Position numbers and translations under genes: made by a program
Part shown: piece by piece, positions 11,801-19,804 of the stretch
Layout: every line of letters starts with the position of its first letter
How positions within the stretch are numbered: the stretch's first letter is position 1
Notes under the pieces: generated by a model
The model's database searches: none
The model's input: only the letters and a program-made list of their open reading frames with translations
Told to the model about the DNA's origin: nothing
Source: Gammaproteobacteria bacterium
Lineage (GTDB): Bacteria > Pseudomonadota > Gammaproteobacteria > Burkholderiales > Nitrosomonadaceae
Length of the DNA stretch: 64,000 bases
Direction of reading: 5' to 3'
Assembly: GCA_015709615.1 (NCBI GenBank)
Contig: CP054179.1
Coordinates: 278,785 to 342,784, forward strand

Positions 11801-14800
11801 GGTATCGAATTTGCCGACATGATTATCACCAACATAAGCATCGTATTTATCCGACTTCTCATCATGCTGGATTTTGATTTCCTTATTCAGATCGGCGGAA
11901 AACTCGATATTCCCGTTGTCATCTACCTGCGCTCTTGGCACGCCCATCAATGCGGCTACCGCCGGGGAGCGTTTGGCTACGATCAGCGTCGGACGCCCTC
12001 CAGAAATCTTCGGTACCGGAAATCGTTTCCCTTGCGCTTCCTCCTGCACCTTCAGATCGTCCAGCGTGATGGTGTCAGCGAATGTGTTATAGAGCGACAT
12101 CAATGCCGGTAAATTGGTGAATTTGGCAAACCGTGTCGATTGCCGGTAGCCGGATCCGGATGGCGCTACTTCGTAGACGTTTTCCACGCTGCCAAACTGC
12201 TTCGCCCAGGCATCAAACACGTTCAAACCTTCGCGCTTTAATGTTGGATATTGCATGTAGCGCTGCATGTTGAACATCTCAACCAGGGAATTCGATACCG
12301 GTGTTCCGGTCGCAGTCACATAGGGCGCCTTTTCTCCGAAGGTATTAAACAGCCATTGTGTTTTGACGAACAGATCAAAAGCTTTCGATGACCCGGCAGG
12401 GTTGCCCATACCGGGATTGCGGTCCATGGTTGTGTGATAAGCCAAGTTCTTGAACTCGTGCATTTCATCGATCATCATGGCATCGATGCCCAACTCATCA
12501 AACGTCACCACCTTGCTGCGCTCGCCAATCGCGGCCAGCTTATCCTTCATCTTGGCTTCCAGATTCTTCCGGATGCGCTCCATGTCCGCGACAATCCTTC
12601 TATCGCCGCGCGCACGTTTCATTTCCTCGATGGATGCCGCCAGTTCGTCAATCTGTTCTTGCAATACCTCCGACTCGGTTTCCGGTGGCAAGCCGATTTT
12701 CTTCAGGGAAGAATGTCCGACAATGACCGCATCCCAATCGCCGGTAATGATCTTGGCAAACATGCGCTCACGATTATCCTTGCTGAAATCCTCCGGTGTG
12801 GCCGCAAGTACATTCGATCCTGGATACAGGCGCGTGAATTCGTTCATCCACTGCAAGGTAAGATGGTTCGGAACTGCAAAAAACGGCTTGCGCGCAATGC
12901 CAAGCCTGCGCATTTCCATTGCGAGTGCGGTCATGGCAAATGTTTTGCCAGCTCCAACCACATGATCAAAGAGCACCCGGTAAGACTGCAAACCTCGCCA
13001 CACACCGTTTTTCTGATTGCCAAGCAACTCGATGGACGGATTCATGCCGGGGAAGCTCATGTGCGAGCCGTCATATTTGCGCAGCACGATGCGATTCATC
13101 TTGTCGTTATAGATGGAAGCGATCTTGTCGGCACGCTCCGCATCCTGCCACAACCACTTCTGCCATTCCGCCTTGATTGTGTTTTGCTTTTCCCGCGCGG
13201 CTTCGGTTTCTTGTTCCAGTACATAGGTCGTTGTTGATCCGTCAGGATTGCGCACGGTTTTTTTGACTACCGCGCCACGCCCTAGCATCGTCAACTGAAA
13301 TAAGGATATTGCGGGCAAATCAGAAGTGCCGAACTTGGCCGTATTCAATGTGGTATCGCCCTGGTTATTGAGCGCCGTCACCCATTGCCCGGTTGCTTTG
13401 ATGTAGGACACATCAGCATCCACACCGGATATATGCTTGATGAATTGCTGATACACATCGGCCGGCACGAAAGATGCGCCGATACTTACGCTGATTTCGC
13501 TCGGTGTTTTGTCTTTTGGAATTACCTTTTCCAGCGCTTCGACGTTGCGAGTGTATTTCTTGTCGGCCTGCGCAGCGTCTTTGGCTTCCTGCAATTTTGT
13601 CTTAACGTCGCCGGACAGATATTCGTCAGCAGCAACAATCCCTGATTGCGGATCATCGAATACCACATCACCCAACTCCTGAATAATATCCTCTGGCGAT
13701 TTTCCGTATACCTCGGACATGTACGGCAAATCAATGCCGCCGCGATAATTCAGCGATGCAAGCAAGGCATCCTTTGCGGTCGATACCTTCAAGAAATCCT
13801 GCGGCGGAAATGCGACTCTGCGCTTAAATATGTCCGCTTTATTCGCGCTGGGTGCTTTCGGCTCTATCCCTTCCTTTTCGGCTACGGCTTTGCTTATTCC
13901 ACGGTCATAATCGAATTCCAATCCCTGAATCAAGTGCGCTTCGGTATCGTCCAGGAATATGCCGCGATTGGTTACGGTGTTGATGAATTTATATTTCTTG
14001 ATGAAATCGTCATAGACTCGATTGAGTTCGGCGCGATTGTCTTCTATTTCCTGATGGGTGGCATCGGGCGAACGCTCCATGCGCATTTGCGTGCGTAGCG
14101 TGTCGCGGATGGCGATCATGCCTTTCATGCGGCCTAATTGCGCTTCGGATTTTGGCTGCCATGCTTCGGCGGTTTTTTCGCCCATGACATCGGCACCGCG
14201 GCGCATTACTTTGCCGCTTGCATCCACATAGAACGAACCAACCTTGATACCGTCAGGAACGGCCATATCGGTTGATTTTGAATCATTGGTTCTGGCGATG
14301 CTGGTAAATATGTCTTTTGGCAGCGAGTCGACCCATTCGGACAATTGCTTACCGATGTCACCAGTGGATTCCACTGTGTACTCATTGGCCGAGTACATTT
14401 TTCCGGCTGCCGATGGCTTGCCAAGAACGTATTGCGGTTGAGACACGAAGAATTGATTTACTTTGTGCGTTACCGGTTCATCGGTCTTGCTGTTGATATT
14501 CGTCTGGTCGGCAACGTCCTGCCAAGGCGCAGCATTTTTATTCAAGCCGTTCGGATCGTTCTTCTGGAAAACTAGAATATCCGTAACGACCTCAGTACCT
14601 GCATTTTCCTTGAATGCGGTGTTAGGCAAGCGCACGCCACCGATCAGGCTGGCGCGCTCACCAATCCATTTACGCACGCGGCCATCTTGCGCATCCATGA
14701 AATTGTGCGACACGACGACGGCCATAATGCCGCCTGGGCGCAGCTTATCAATGGATTTGGCCAGGAAGTAATTGTGAATACTGAAACCAGAATATGCGCT

Positions 14801-17800
14801 GCGTTCCTTGTCTACGAGCGGCTCGTTACCGAATGGCGGATTGCCTATTACCACGTCGAAATATTCTGACGGAATATCGAAATCCTCAAATCCAGTGCTT
14901 TGCGCAATCTTGGCTTTTGGATACAGCGCCGCGGCTAACCGGCTGGTTAATGAGTCCAACTCTACACCGTGCAACTGCGATGAGTTACGCAAATCCTTCG
15001 GCATCAAACCAAAGAAATTACCAACACCTAATGATGGTTCCAGCAATCGGCCGCCATTGAACCCCAGGCGTTGCAGCGCCGAGTACATGGCGCCGACCGC
15101 TACCGGGCTGGTGTAATGCGCGTTTCTGGTGGATGCGCGAGCGGCTTTGTATTCTGAATCGGTGAGCAGTTCTTTCAGTTCGGCATGTTGTTTTTCCCAT
15201 GCCTTGTTTTCCGGATCAAACGGGCCTTTCATGGCTCCCCATCCGACGTACTTGGCGAGCGTTTTACGCTCTTGCGGAGTGGCTTTCCTGCCCTCGGTTT
15301 CCAGATTCTTGAGAAGCTTTATCGCATCGACATTATCGCGGTATTTCTTGGCAAGACCGCCCTTTCCAATTTCTTCAGCGTCAATCGAATGATCTTGCTC
15401 TACGCTTCCTCGTCCGGCTCCTCGCTCGGTGTCGGCGGCGCTTGCGTCAGCCCCATCACTTCGGCTTTCTCCCAGCTCGACAGGTGATTCAGGCTCGGAT
15501 CGCTGAGTGCTTTTCGCTCGTTTTCTTCCTGCACTGTCAGCGCTTCCAGATACTCCCCGGTCGCTATCAGTGCTTTCACCGTTTTCGGCCACCCCATTAT
15601 CCAGCGGTTTGCTATGTCCGTTGCCAGTGGCGGCATTTTCTGTATCGCCTGCATTATTTCCGGCGGATACGCTTTCGGTTGATATAGGGTTTGCATTCAC
15701 TACCTCCTGTGGTTTGGTAGTATCTTGTAACTGATCGGGTGTTTTTGCAACAGGATTTACTCTGTCGGCAACCTTCTCAACTTCTATGCTGGCTGCATTT
15801 GCCAGTTCTTGATCTGTCATGTTGACCGGCATCCAGCGGTTATTATCTCCGCCGGAAGGATCATTCTCTTTGGTAACGCGCATCATTACCGACACGCCAG
15901 ATTTAGTAGTTGGAACAGTGCCGCGTAAAGATGTTCCGCCGATATGAATGTATATGCCGCGCTGCTTTTCAGGGTTGAACATGGATAATGTCACGTCACC
16001 TGAAACAGCAATGCCGCCCTCGTTCACCGAAACCGGTTTAAGCGCTTTCCCATTTCTCGCGTGAGGCACAAACCCCGCCGCCGCTAGAGACTTCTGAACG
16101 CCTTCAAGGTATTTCTTTGTGTCGCTCAAAAATTGTCTTTTGACAACACCGCTAGCACCCTCGCCGGTTTCGTTGTCATAACCGTCTATGCTGGAAACAC
16201 CGTAATCATTTTTAAGAACCAAGTCTGTTTTCTTGCGCTCTTTGGTACGTTTCTTAGGCTTTTCAATCGTTCCAATGGCGATTTCATTACCTTCTGCTTG
16301 CTTGACGTGGCTTGCGGTTCCCTCTTTTTCCATAAGGTCTAGCTCTGCCGCCGTCGTCATGCCGGTAGTATCAAGCCCCGGATAATGCCGCGCAGCTTCG
16401 TAAAAACTGCGCAGGTACGGGCGCACCTTTTCACCCAGGTCATTAATCATGGCATCGGAATATTCCCCGAACGTCCTGAATCCAGACTCGATATAAGCGC
16501 CAGCCAGCGTTATGCCGTCCTGCAATAACTCAGGGTCAACGCCAGAATTGAGCGTATTTAGTTTTGATTTGAGGCGTGCGCGCGCAGCCGCTACCTTGGC
16601 CGCTGTGAAAATCTTGTTTTTGGCGAATTGCGCAGTGTCTTGTTGCTCGATTGCTACATCTGGCTCTTTTGGCGTTGCTGTCTCTGCTGTTCCCGGCGTT
16701 TCAGTTTGCTTGGTTTCATTGGCTTGAGTTGCATTGCTTATCTCCTTTTGTTTTGCGCGGCGCGCTTTGGATTCTTTCTCGGTTTTTGGCTTGTGTTCTT
16801 CTTTCTTGGTGGCCTTCTTCGTGCCGGTATCGGCAACAACTTTGCTGGTTGATTGCTCTGTGTTTATAGTGTCCTTGATTGGCTTCTTGCGTTCCTTGGC
16901 TTCGCGTTCAGTCTTTGGCTTTGATAGTGGCTTTTGGGTGTTCCCGTTTTGCGCCCACTGTTTGAAATCACTTGCCGACATTGCAGTGACACCGCGACGG
17001 CGTTGCGGTCCGCTACCATCAGAAAAATGCGCGTCATAAACTTTTTGCGCTTCTTCTTGCGTTGATACACCAACAACGGCCTTGTGCTCATCAAACTTGC
17101 CGTCATGGTTGAATTGGTCAAACACATAGACTGGTGAACCAGGAACCGGATTTTCAGGTACATACACGTCCACCTGATCGCCGTCGGCTCCTTCACTGCG
17201 CTTCAAGTAACCGTAATGAGCCGTCATATCGACAGACCACGGTTTGCCGTTTGGATCGGTACCGGATCGTTTTGAACCGGCAGGATTTTCGACGCTTATA
17301 TCCAGGCCATCAAAATTAAGGTGTCCTTTTTTATAGTTACCAGCCTGTTTTTGTGCTTCTGTCGGCTCCGGCCTATCGTTCTCCGGCGACGTTGCTGCCT
17401 CGTGCGCTGCAGCATTTACTTTATTGGCTACATCATGGTGCGCAGCTTCAACGTGCTGAATCGTTTCTTGAGCCTTTTCGATTTGGTCATTTACTCTGGA
17501 ATCGCCGGTTTCGCCGGTTTTTTTCGCCCGCTTCTCTGAAACTGTCACCAAGTTATCGGCTGCCTCACGATCCGATTTTTCCCGGTCACGGTTGCGCAAT
17601 TCTTCAGCGATAGCGTTTCTTACTCTGCCATCGTTGGCATTGCGCATTTGCTGGCGCAAGTCATCCTCGCTGCGATCTGCAACTGGCGCAGACTCTACCG
17701 GATTCAATTTCTTGACCGATTCCGGCTGCTTTTCTTCCGGCGTTTGTTGCGGGTTCAAGCCGTACAAGTCTTTAATGCCTGACACATTGCCGCGCATTGA

Positions 17801-19786
17801 TTGCAGCGCATCCAATTCTTGCTGTTCCTGCGGCGATAAGCCTTGTCCTTCTATCATTTGATCGGACAGACCGTTATCGCCGATGCCCGTCTGGATATGG
17901 CCGTCACGCTTTTCCAATAATTGATTTAAGCGTCCTTCCGCAAAATTCAAAACATCCTTATCAAAACCGGTATTCTGATTCAGTTTTTGTGACAAGTTTT
18001 CCGGTGAAAGCGGCGATTTAGGCAACACTACTTCTTCCGGTATCCCGGCTTGTTGCGCCAGATCGCGCACGATGGAATTGGCTGTCTGCACGGTAGGATG
18101 CTCGCTCGCATCGGCTTGTGGCTGGCTTGGTTCCTGTGTTGCTCCAGGTTGCACCTCCGGCTGTGCTTGCTGAGTCTCGTCCTGCGGATCAACCTGCTGC
18201 TGCTCTGGCTGCTCTGGCTGCTCTGGCTGCCTAAAGGTATTGGCCGCCGACACACCACCTGAAAATGTCGCGCCTGGGCTGGAAGCAATGCCGGTTTCAA
18301 TGATGGTTCTGCCGACATCCTGGCCTAACCTCCGGTTATCGTACTGTCCAGCCATGTAGTTGGTGGCAACCTTCGGCGCAACTTCTTCCAACTGCTCGCC
18401 GCCGAGTTCCGCCGCCGCGCCCTTGGCAAATGCCTTGACTGCGCTCTTCGATGTTCCTTGGCCAAACAGGCTATTTTCCAAACCTGTTTTGCCGCTGACG
18501 AATCCAGCCAAACCGCCGACGGCAGCCGATACCCTGGAATCCTTCAATGCTTCTTCTTCCGCCTGATCAGGGTCCATACCCTGCTTGATCAGCGTTTCTT
18601 TGATGTCGTTGAATGCTTCACCGCGCGCACCACCGGCATTCAATACCGCTCCTGTAGCTCCCGCCGCCGTAGTTGCCAGCGCACCAGCTGTGGCCGCCGA
18701 TGCTCCCCGCGCCTTAGCAGCCATCTGCGTTAATTTTGCTACGCCAATACCGGGAATCATGCTAGGCAGGTTGGTAACGATGAAACGGGCAGCCAGCGCA
18801 GGATCACTGAAATACTGGCCGGCCGCTTCTGCGATCTGCGCCATCACACCGTCTTTGTCCGCTTCTTTTATGGCTGCATCGGCCCGCGCGATTCTCGCTT
18901 TCAAAGGATCGGATTGCAGCTCTTGCGCATCTTTGGATTTCTGATTGAAATACCCGGCTATATCACCTTCAGGAGCGAAAAGGTTCGGAACTGCGCCCAG
19001 TATGTTGTGCATACCCTCAAGCAACTGCGCCCCGGTATCGGACGCAACTTCGCCCATCGTGCGGTCACGCGGCTCATTGGGTGCGGCCATGAATTGTTGC
19101 AGTAGGCTGTCAGCCTGTCCGCCAGCGTGCGGCCGTATGTAATGATCAAAATAGGCCTTCTTTGCAAGCGATTGCTGCTCTTGCGATAGCTTAGAAAACT
19201 CGGGGTTAATGACTATATCAGTCCATTTGGGCGCCTTATCCAGATCAGGCTTGGAAGCTTCTGGCATACTTTCAGCGTGCGCATCCGATACACCGCCCAA
19301 TGCCGCCAGAATATCGCCGACATAGCTCGATACGCGCTTGCCGTTTCCGTCGGCGTGATCTTTTTTGAATGCTTGTCCGCGCTCTTTATTGACATTGCCC
19401 TCGCCGGAGAAATACCCGGTTGCAATCTTCGCCGGGTCATTTCCGAATTTGTCGCCCAAATCCTTGATGATGCGCACACCAACGCGCATATTGTCGTCCG
19501 GGTTGTTGATGGATTCCCCTGGCTTGGCATAACGCTGAAATGTGCCGGGCATGATCTGCATGCCGCCGCGCGCGCCGTCGCTGCTGGTGCGCGCATTTGA
19601 ACCGCTGCCTGATTCTTGGTTGTAGATAGCCTGGATGACTGGCTTTAGATGATCGGCGCCTTCGCTTGTGACGATCTGATTTAGATCGGGAAGCGAAAGC
19701 CCCTTGCTTGGTGTTGACTGTTTTTGTTTTCCGGAACCATCTTGTTTAGAGAAAAAATCGCTTAATCCAATTTCCGATGATCCCAT
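5822..19786 (-). CDS. giant multidomain (polyvalent) virion/ejection protein, 4654 aa
   Basis: Single uninterrupted ORF. Modules recognised: N-terminal lytic transglycosylase (NQESGSG...GGMQIMPGTF); pyrophosphatase-like module (HYGYLKRSEGADGDQVDVYV); gamma-class N6-adenine MTase (LEPSLGVGNFF, VIGNPPFG); SF2/SNF2-type helicase (VGAGKTF, IDEMHEFKN, QREGRIIRRGN); HExxH (LLHEIEGH); ART-like VVYHGTDKDFNEF module; PLxRFG motif (GYAPLMRFGKW); hydrophobic C-terminal region. Confidence 0.9.
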   Translation of the reverse strand: MGSSEIGLSDFFSKQDGSGKQKQSTPSKGLSLPDLNQIVTSEGADHLKPVIQAIYNQESGSGSNARTSSDGARGGMQIMPGTFQRYAKPGESINNPDDNMRVGVRIIKDLGDKFGNDPAKIATGYFSGEGNVNKERGQAFKKDHADGNGKRVSSYVGDILAALGGVSDAHAESMPEASKPDLDKAPKWTDIVINPEFSKLSQEQQSLAKKAYFDHYIRPHAGGQADSLLQQFMAAPNEPRDRTMGEVASDTGAQLLEGMHNILGAVPNLFAPEGDIAGYFNQKSKDAQELQSDPLKARIARADAAIKEADKDGVMAQIAEAAGQYFSDPALAARFIVTNLPSMIPGIGVAKLTQMAAKARGASAATAGALATTAAGATGAVLNAGGARGEAFNDIKETLIKQGMDPDQAEEEALKDSRVSAAVGGLAGFVSGKTGLENSLFGQGTSKSAVKAFAKGAAAELGGEQLEEVAPKVATNYMAGQYDNRRLGQDVGRTIIETGIASSPGATFSGGVSAANTFRQPEQPEQPEQQQVDPQDETQQAQPEVQPGATQEPSQPQADASEHPTVQTANSIVRDLAQQAGIPEEVVLPKSPLSPENLSQKLNQNTGFDKDVLNFAEGRLNQLLEKRDGHIQTGIGDNGLSDQMIEGQGLSPQEQQELDALQSMRGNVSGIKDLYGLNPQQTPEEKQPESVKKLNPVESAPVADRSEDDLRQQMRNANDGRVRNAIAEELRNRDREKSDREAADNLVTVSEKRAKKTGETGDSRVNDQIEKAQETIQHVEAAHHDVANKVNAAAHEAATSPENDRPEPTEAQKQAGNYKKGHLNFDGLDISVENPAGSKRSGTDPNGKPWSVDMTAHYGYLKRSEGADGDQVDVYVPENPVPGSPVYVFDQFNHDGKFDEHKAVVGVSTQEEAQKVYDAHFSDGSGPQRRRGVTAMSASDFKQWAQNGNTQKPLSKPKTEREAKERKKPIKDTINTEQSTSKVVADTGTKKATKKEEHKPKTEKESKARRAKQKEISNATQANETKQTETPGTAETATPKEPDVAIEQQDTAQFAKNKIFTAAKVAAARARLKSKLNTLNSGVDPELLQDGITLAGAYIESGFRTFGEYSDAMINDLGEKVRPYLRSFYEAARHYPGLDTTGMTTAAELDLMEKEGTASHVKQAEGNEIAIGTIEKPKKRTKERKKTDLVLKNDYGVSSIDGYDNETGEGASGVVKRQFLSDTKKYLEGVQKSLAAAGFVPHARNGKALKPVSVNEGGIAVSGDVTLSMFNPEKQRGIYIHIGGTSLRGTVPTTKSGVSVMMRVTKENDPSGGDNNRWMPVNMTDQELANAASIEVEKVADRVNPVAKTPDQLQDTTKPQEVVNANPISTESVSAGNNAGDTENAATGNGHSKPLDNGVAENGESTDSDRGVSGSADSAGRKRAKSTQRSEPESPVELGESRSDGADASAADTERGAGRGSVEQDHSIDAEEIGKGGLAKKYRDNVDAIKLLKNLETEGRKATPQERKTLAKYVGWGAMKGPFDPENKAWEKQHAELKELLTDSEYKAARASTRNAHYTSPVAVGAMYSALQRLGFNGGRLLEPSLGVGNFFGLMPKDLRNSSQLHGVELDSLTSRLAAALYPKAKIAQSTGFEDFDIPSEYFDVVIGNPPFGNEPLVDKERSAYSGFSIHNYFLAKSIDKLRPGGIMAVVVSHNFMDAQDGRVRKWIGERASLIGGVRLPNTAFKENAGTEVVTDILVFQKNDPNGLNKNAAPWQDVADQTNINSKTDEPVTHKVNQFFVSQPQYVLGKPSAAGKMYSANEYTVESTGDIGKQLSEWVDSLPKDIFTSIARTNDSKSTDMAVPDGIKVGSFYVDASGKVMRRGADVMGEKTAEAWQPKSEAQLGRMKGMIAIRDTLRTQMRMERSPDATHQEIEDNRAELNRVYDDFIKKYKFINTVTNRGIFLDDTEAHLIQGLEFDYDRGISKAVAEKEGIEPKAPSANKADIFKRRVAFPPQDFLKVSTAKDALLASLNYRGGIDLPYMSEVYGKSPEDIIQELGDVVFDDPQSGIVAADEYLSGDVKTKLQEAKDAAQADKKYTRNVEALEKVIPKDKTPSEISVSIGASFVPADVYQQFIKHISGVDADVSYIKATGQWVTALNNQGDTTLNTAKFGTSDLPAISLFQLTMLGRGAVVKKTVRNPDGSTTTYVLEQETEAAREKQNTIKAEWQKWLWQDAERADKIASIYNDKMNRIVLRKYDGSHMSFPGMNPSIELLGNQKNGVWRGLQSYRVLFDHVVGAGKTFAMTALAMEMRRLGIARKPFFAVPNHLTLQWMNEFTRLYPGSNVLAATPEDFSKDNRERMFAKIITGDWDAVIVGHSSLKKIGLPPETESEVLQEQIDELAASIEEMKRARGDRRIVADMERIRKNLEAKMKDKLAAIGERSKVVTFDELGIDAMMIDEMHEFKNLAYHTTMDRNPGMGNPAGSSKAFDLFVKTQWLFNTFGEKAPYVTATGTPVSNSLVEMFNMQRYMQYPTLKREGLNVFDAWAKQFGSVENVYEVAPSGSGYRQSTRFAKFTNLPALMSLYNTFADTITLDDLKVQEEAQGKRFPVPKISGGRPTLIVAKRSPAVAALMGVPRAQVDDNGNIEFSADLNKEIKIQHDEKSDKYDAYVGDNHVGKFDTEQDARLKIAELALSPVVSVNPDSIVGRFANLRQLTRDTKGKVNALSLTGEANKAGLDYRLINPSAPDFKGSKINLAVDNMMRIYKQWQSDRGTQLVFCDLSVPLSARSSFSNKPRRLYVRNESGALDMKRGTMHTMPGHEDLPYFIVQRGSGKDSKRFDVYDAASGAAILTDSRSKQDAMDAANGMLSNDDKRNDWITKRESTGEIEQEAIDDFNNENEVETENLELFTREDIAGMSGATKFSVYDDIKKKLIAKGVPEREIAFIHDYSTPVAKNKLFKAVNEGEIRFLLGSTPKMGAGTNVQKRLVGLHHIDAPWRPSDLEQREGRIIRRGNELYERDPDGFEVFIGRYATEQTYDTRRWQILEHKARGIEQLRNYDGTINEIEDIDGEAANAADMKAAASGDPLILEETRLRNEVRRLEKLQASHADEVLAMTRKARDAEYYAKKTAPSIISEAQGLLDEAKKHKLDSEGFSPIAVQGRKPKADKESAYKELASAFNSVREHIIDTADVQYRGIDFRLEHLASSVILRTPTGSSGVWMMSDAFSPSGMVQRMKNYIDRLPDTIQDAKAHADKSIKDAAALREQAKQPFQQAGDLEKTREEHKRVQRALMAKGPQVPDEQKALLVAGIEKQKSRLRTLGYGDALDELLSNADQASLLLGNPANVGGVEIDVARSTVDRIVAANQKVWNIDISTVATFDDLPDNVKNNIAKNYGEDAAKNAKGLVHNGKVYVIANNNESEADIEQTLLHEIEGHMGVRRLYGSEITKKLNDLYIAIGGRKGLIKLANDRGITGSLVDYADMLKNTELPNETRIKIMMDEALAHYAQTPKFGDKVKAIVGMIRAWLRDHKFAKLAEFGETDLLNILRQGRQKLKTGDGGNDSALMMGDRKSGITETITIDGIDRPTRNSNGKPIYPTVEGIRNFWKWFGDSRVVDDQGRPLVVYHGTDKDFNEFKKDSFFSDDVNNAKPYGNRVVESYLKIINPEVADYSGAQDNDKDFDIEEAKDNGNDGLIILNADDGYHVGNQYIAFHPNQIKSATGNTGAFSENDESILFRKGGKEPDDYSSSVDSAQEKLFNFFGNSKEKSPKNFGLYHKTLSTQYHKALKDQHYGKVFSLANAMQNHVSLASIRPSELAPGVLPRVDDVKSAAKGLFKGAQNQKYIKKVADAMFAGTLAGKGATDGRVWDDTELKNVFGLDKTGISLYRQARAAVDASIDELAAAEGYAMAQHIVPKDMRRMIIDEPGIAGTLLKSEVERQANVLNIAIQSARKRGDDEGAARLAALQESYASTLKNLNTIFDTAAGLKKGGYAPLMRFGKWTVTAQEIDPQTGAVERDENGSPATVYFGKFDTESEAMAALDRMKEKYKDRNDIRVDSGIDSEDSHQLYAGISPETVALFGEAIGAGDVANKYYQIALSERSALKRRLERKGTPGYSQDLPRVLSNFITSNGRFSAQRYYLRDLNESIRTIPQNKGDVKDEAIQLKKFIVDPGDPAAPLSTVMFAWFLGGSVAAAMINMTQPVMMTGPYLSQFGLKSATSELTKAIPYAMGKKEITDKSLKDALQRASREGVVDAQEIFHLYSMGAQSIASGLIGTLSRIPGAGKAIKAGSDNARARINAFLTLWGSMFSLAEKFNRKLTFIAAWNMAKEKGNANPYAFAVRAVNETQGIYNKVNRPNWARNPAGRTILTFKQFSLMYVEMLSRMWKRGGPEGKRAALIMLAVLMLASGEEGLPFAQDLDDLIDTIGQLFGLDTNMRRNKREAAYQILGDKLGDMFLYGISSQLPLDVSGRLGLGNFIPGTGLLKKSDEQMRTRNAIELLGPAAGMGSQLGDAYDAATEGNSGKALQNLAPKAIKDILAAEEMARKGYSSDFKGRKVTDVGLSDAAIKASGFNPTKIANVHRKTMPLQQDISLQKITETSIANQWARGIMENDKAMIDEAKKRQDDWNKKNPRIPIAINGNQIRDRVRSLNTDKNTRLLKDSPKEMRGRIGLELLD
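15400..15696 (-). CDS. candidate overlapping gene (+1 frame) inside the giant ORF, 98 aa
   Basis: ATG preceded by AGGAGGT plus a 5-nt spacer (15702-15708). The product looks globular (W, Y and hydrophobic periodicity), while the giant frame here is S/G/D/A/E-rich linker. Confidence 0.4.
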   Translation of the reverse strand: MQTLYQPKAYPPEIMQAIQKMPPLATDIANRWIMGWPKTVKALIATGEYLEALTVQEENERKALSDPSLNHLSSWEKAEVMGLTQAPPTPSEEPDEEA

Positions 19787-19804
19787 GTCATTCCTCTTTC
19801 GTGA

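Noticed and set aside
9257-13237. Large plus-strand ORFs antisense to the giant gene (for example 12434-13237 at 267 aa, 9257-9835, 10235-10840).
   Set aside because: These are shadow ORFs opposite a long, well-supported coding frame. Their products are low-complexity or Arg/Leu/Cys-rich, and they have no RBS or promoter context.
18160-18235. A tandem CTGCTCTGG-type DNA repeat as a possible regulatory or contingency repeat.
   Set aside because: It simply encodes the PEQPEQPEQ(Q) low-complexity linker of the giant protein, and its repeat period of 9 nt keeps the reading frame.
6181-19596. Other same-strand alternative-frame ORFs inside the giant gene (19213-19596, 18028-18318, 16864-17196, 8089-8451 and others).
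   Set aside because: Their translations are Arg/Cys/Trp/Ser-rich and non-protein-like, and I saw no Shine-Dalgarno. Only 15400-15696 stood out.
5822-19786. The giant ORF as an artefactual fusion of several genes.
   Set aside because: The frame is continuous for 13.9 kb, with recognisable domains joined by linkers and no internal stops. Comparable multi-thousand-residue polyvalent virion proteins are an established class. Only read-level validation could overturn this.
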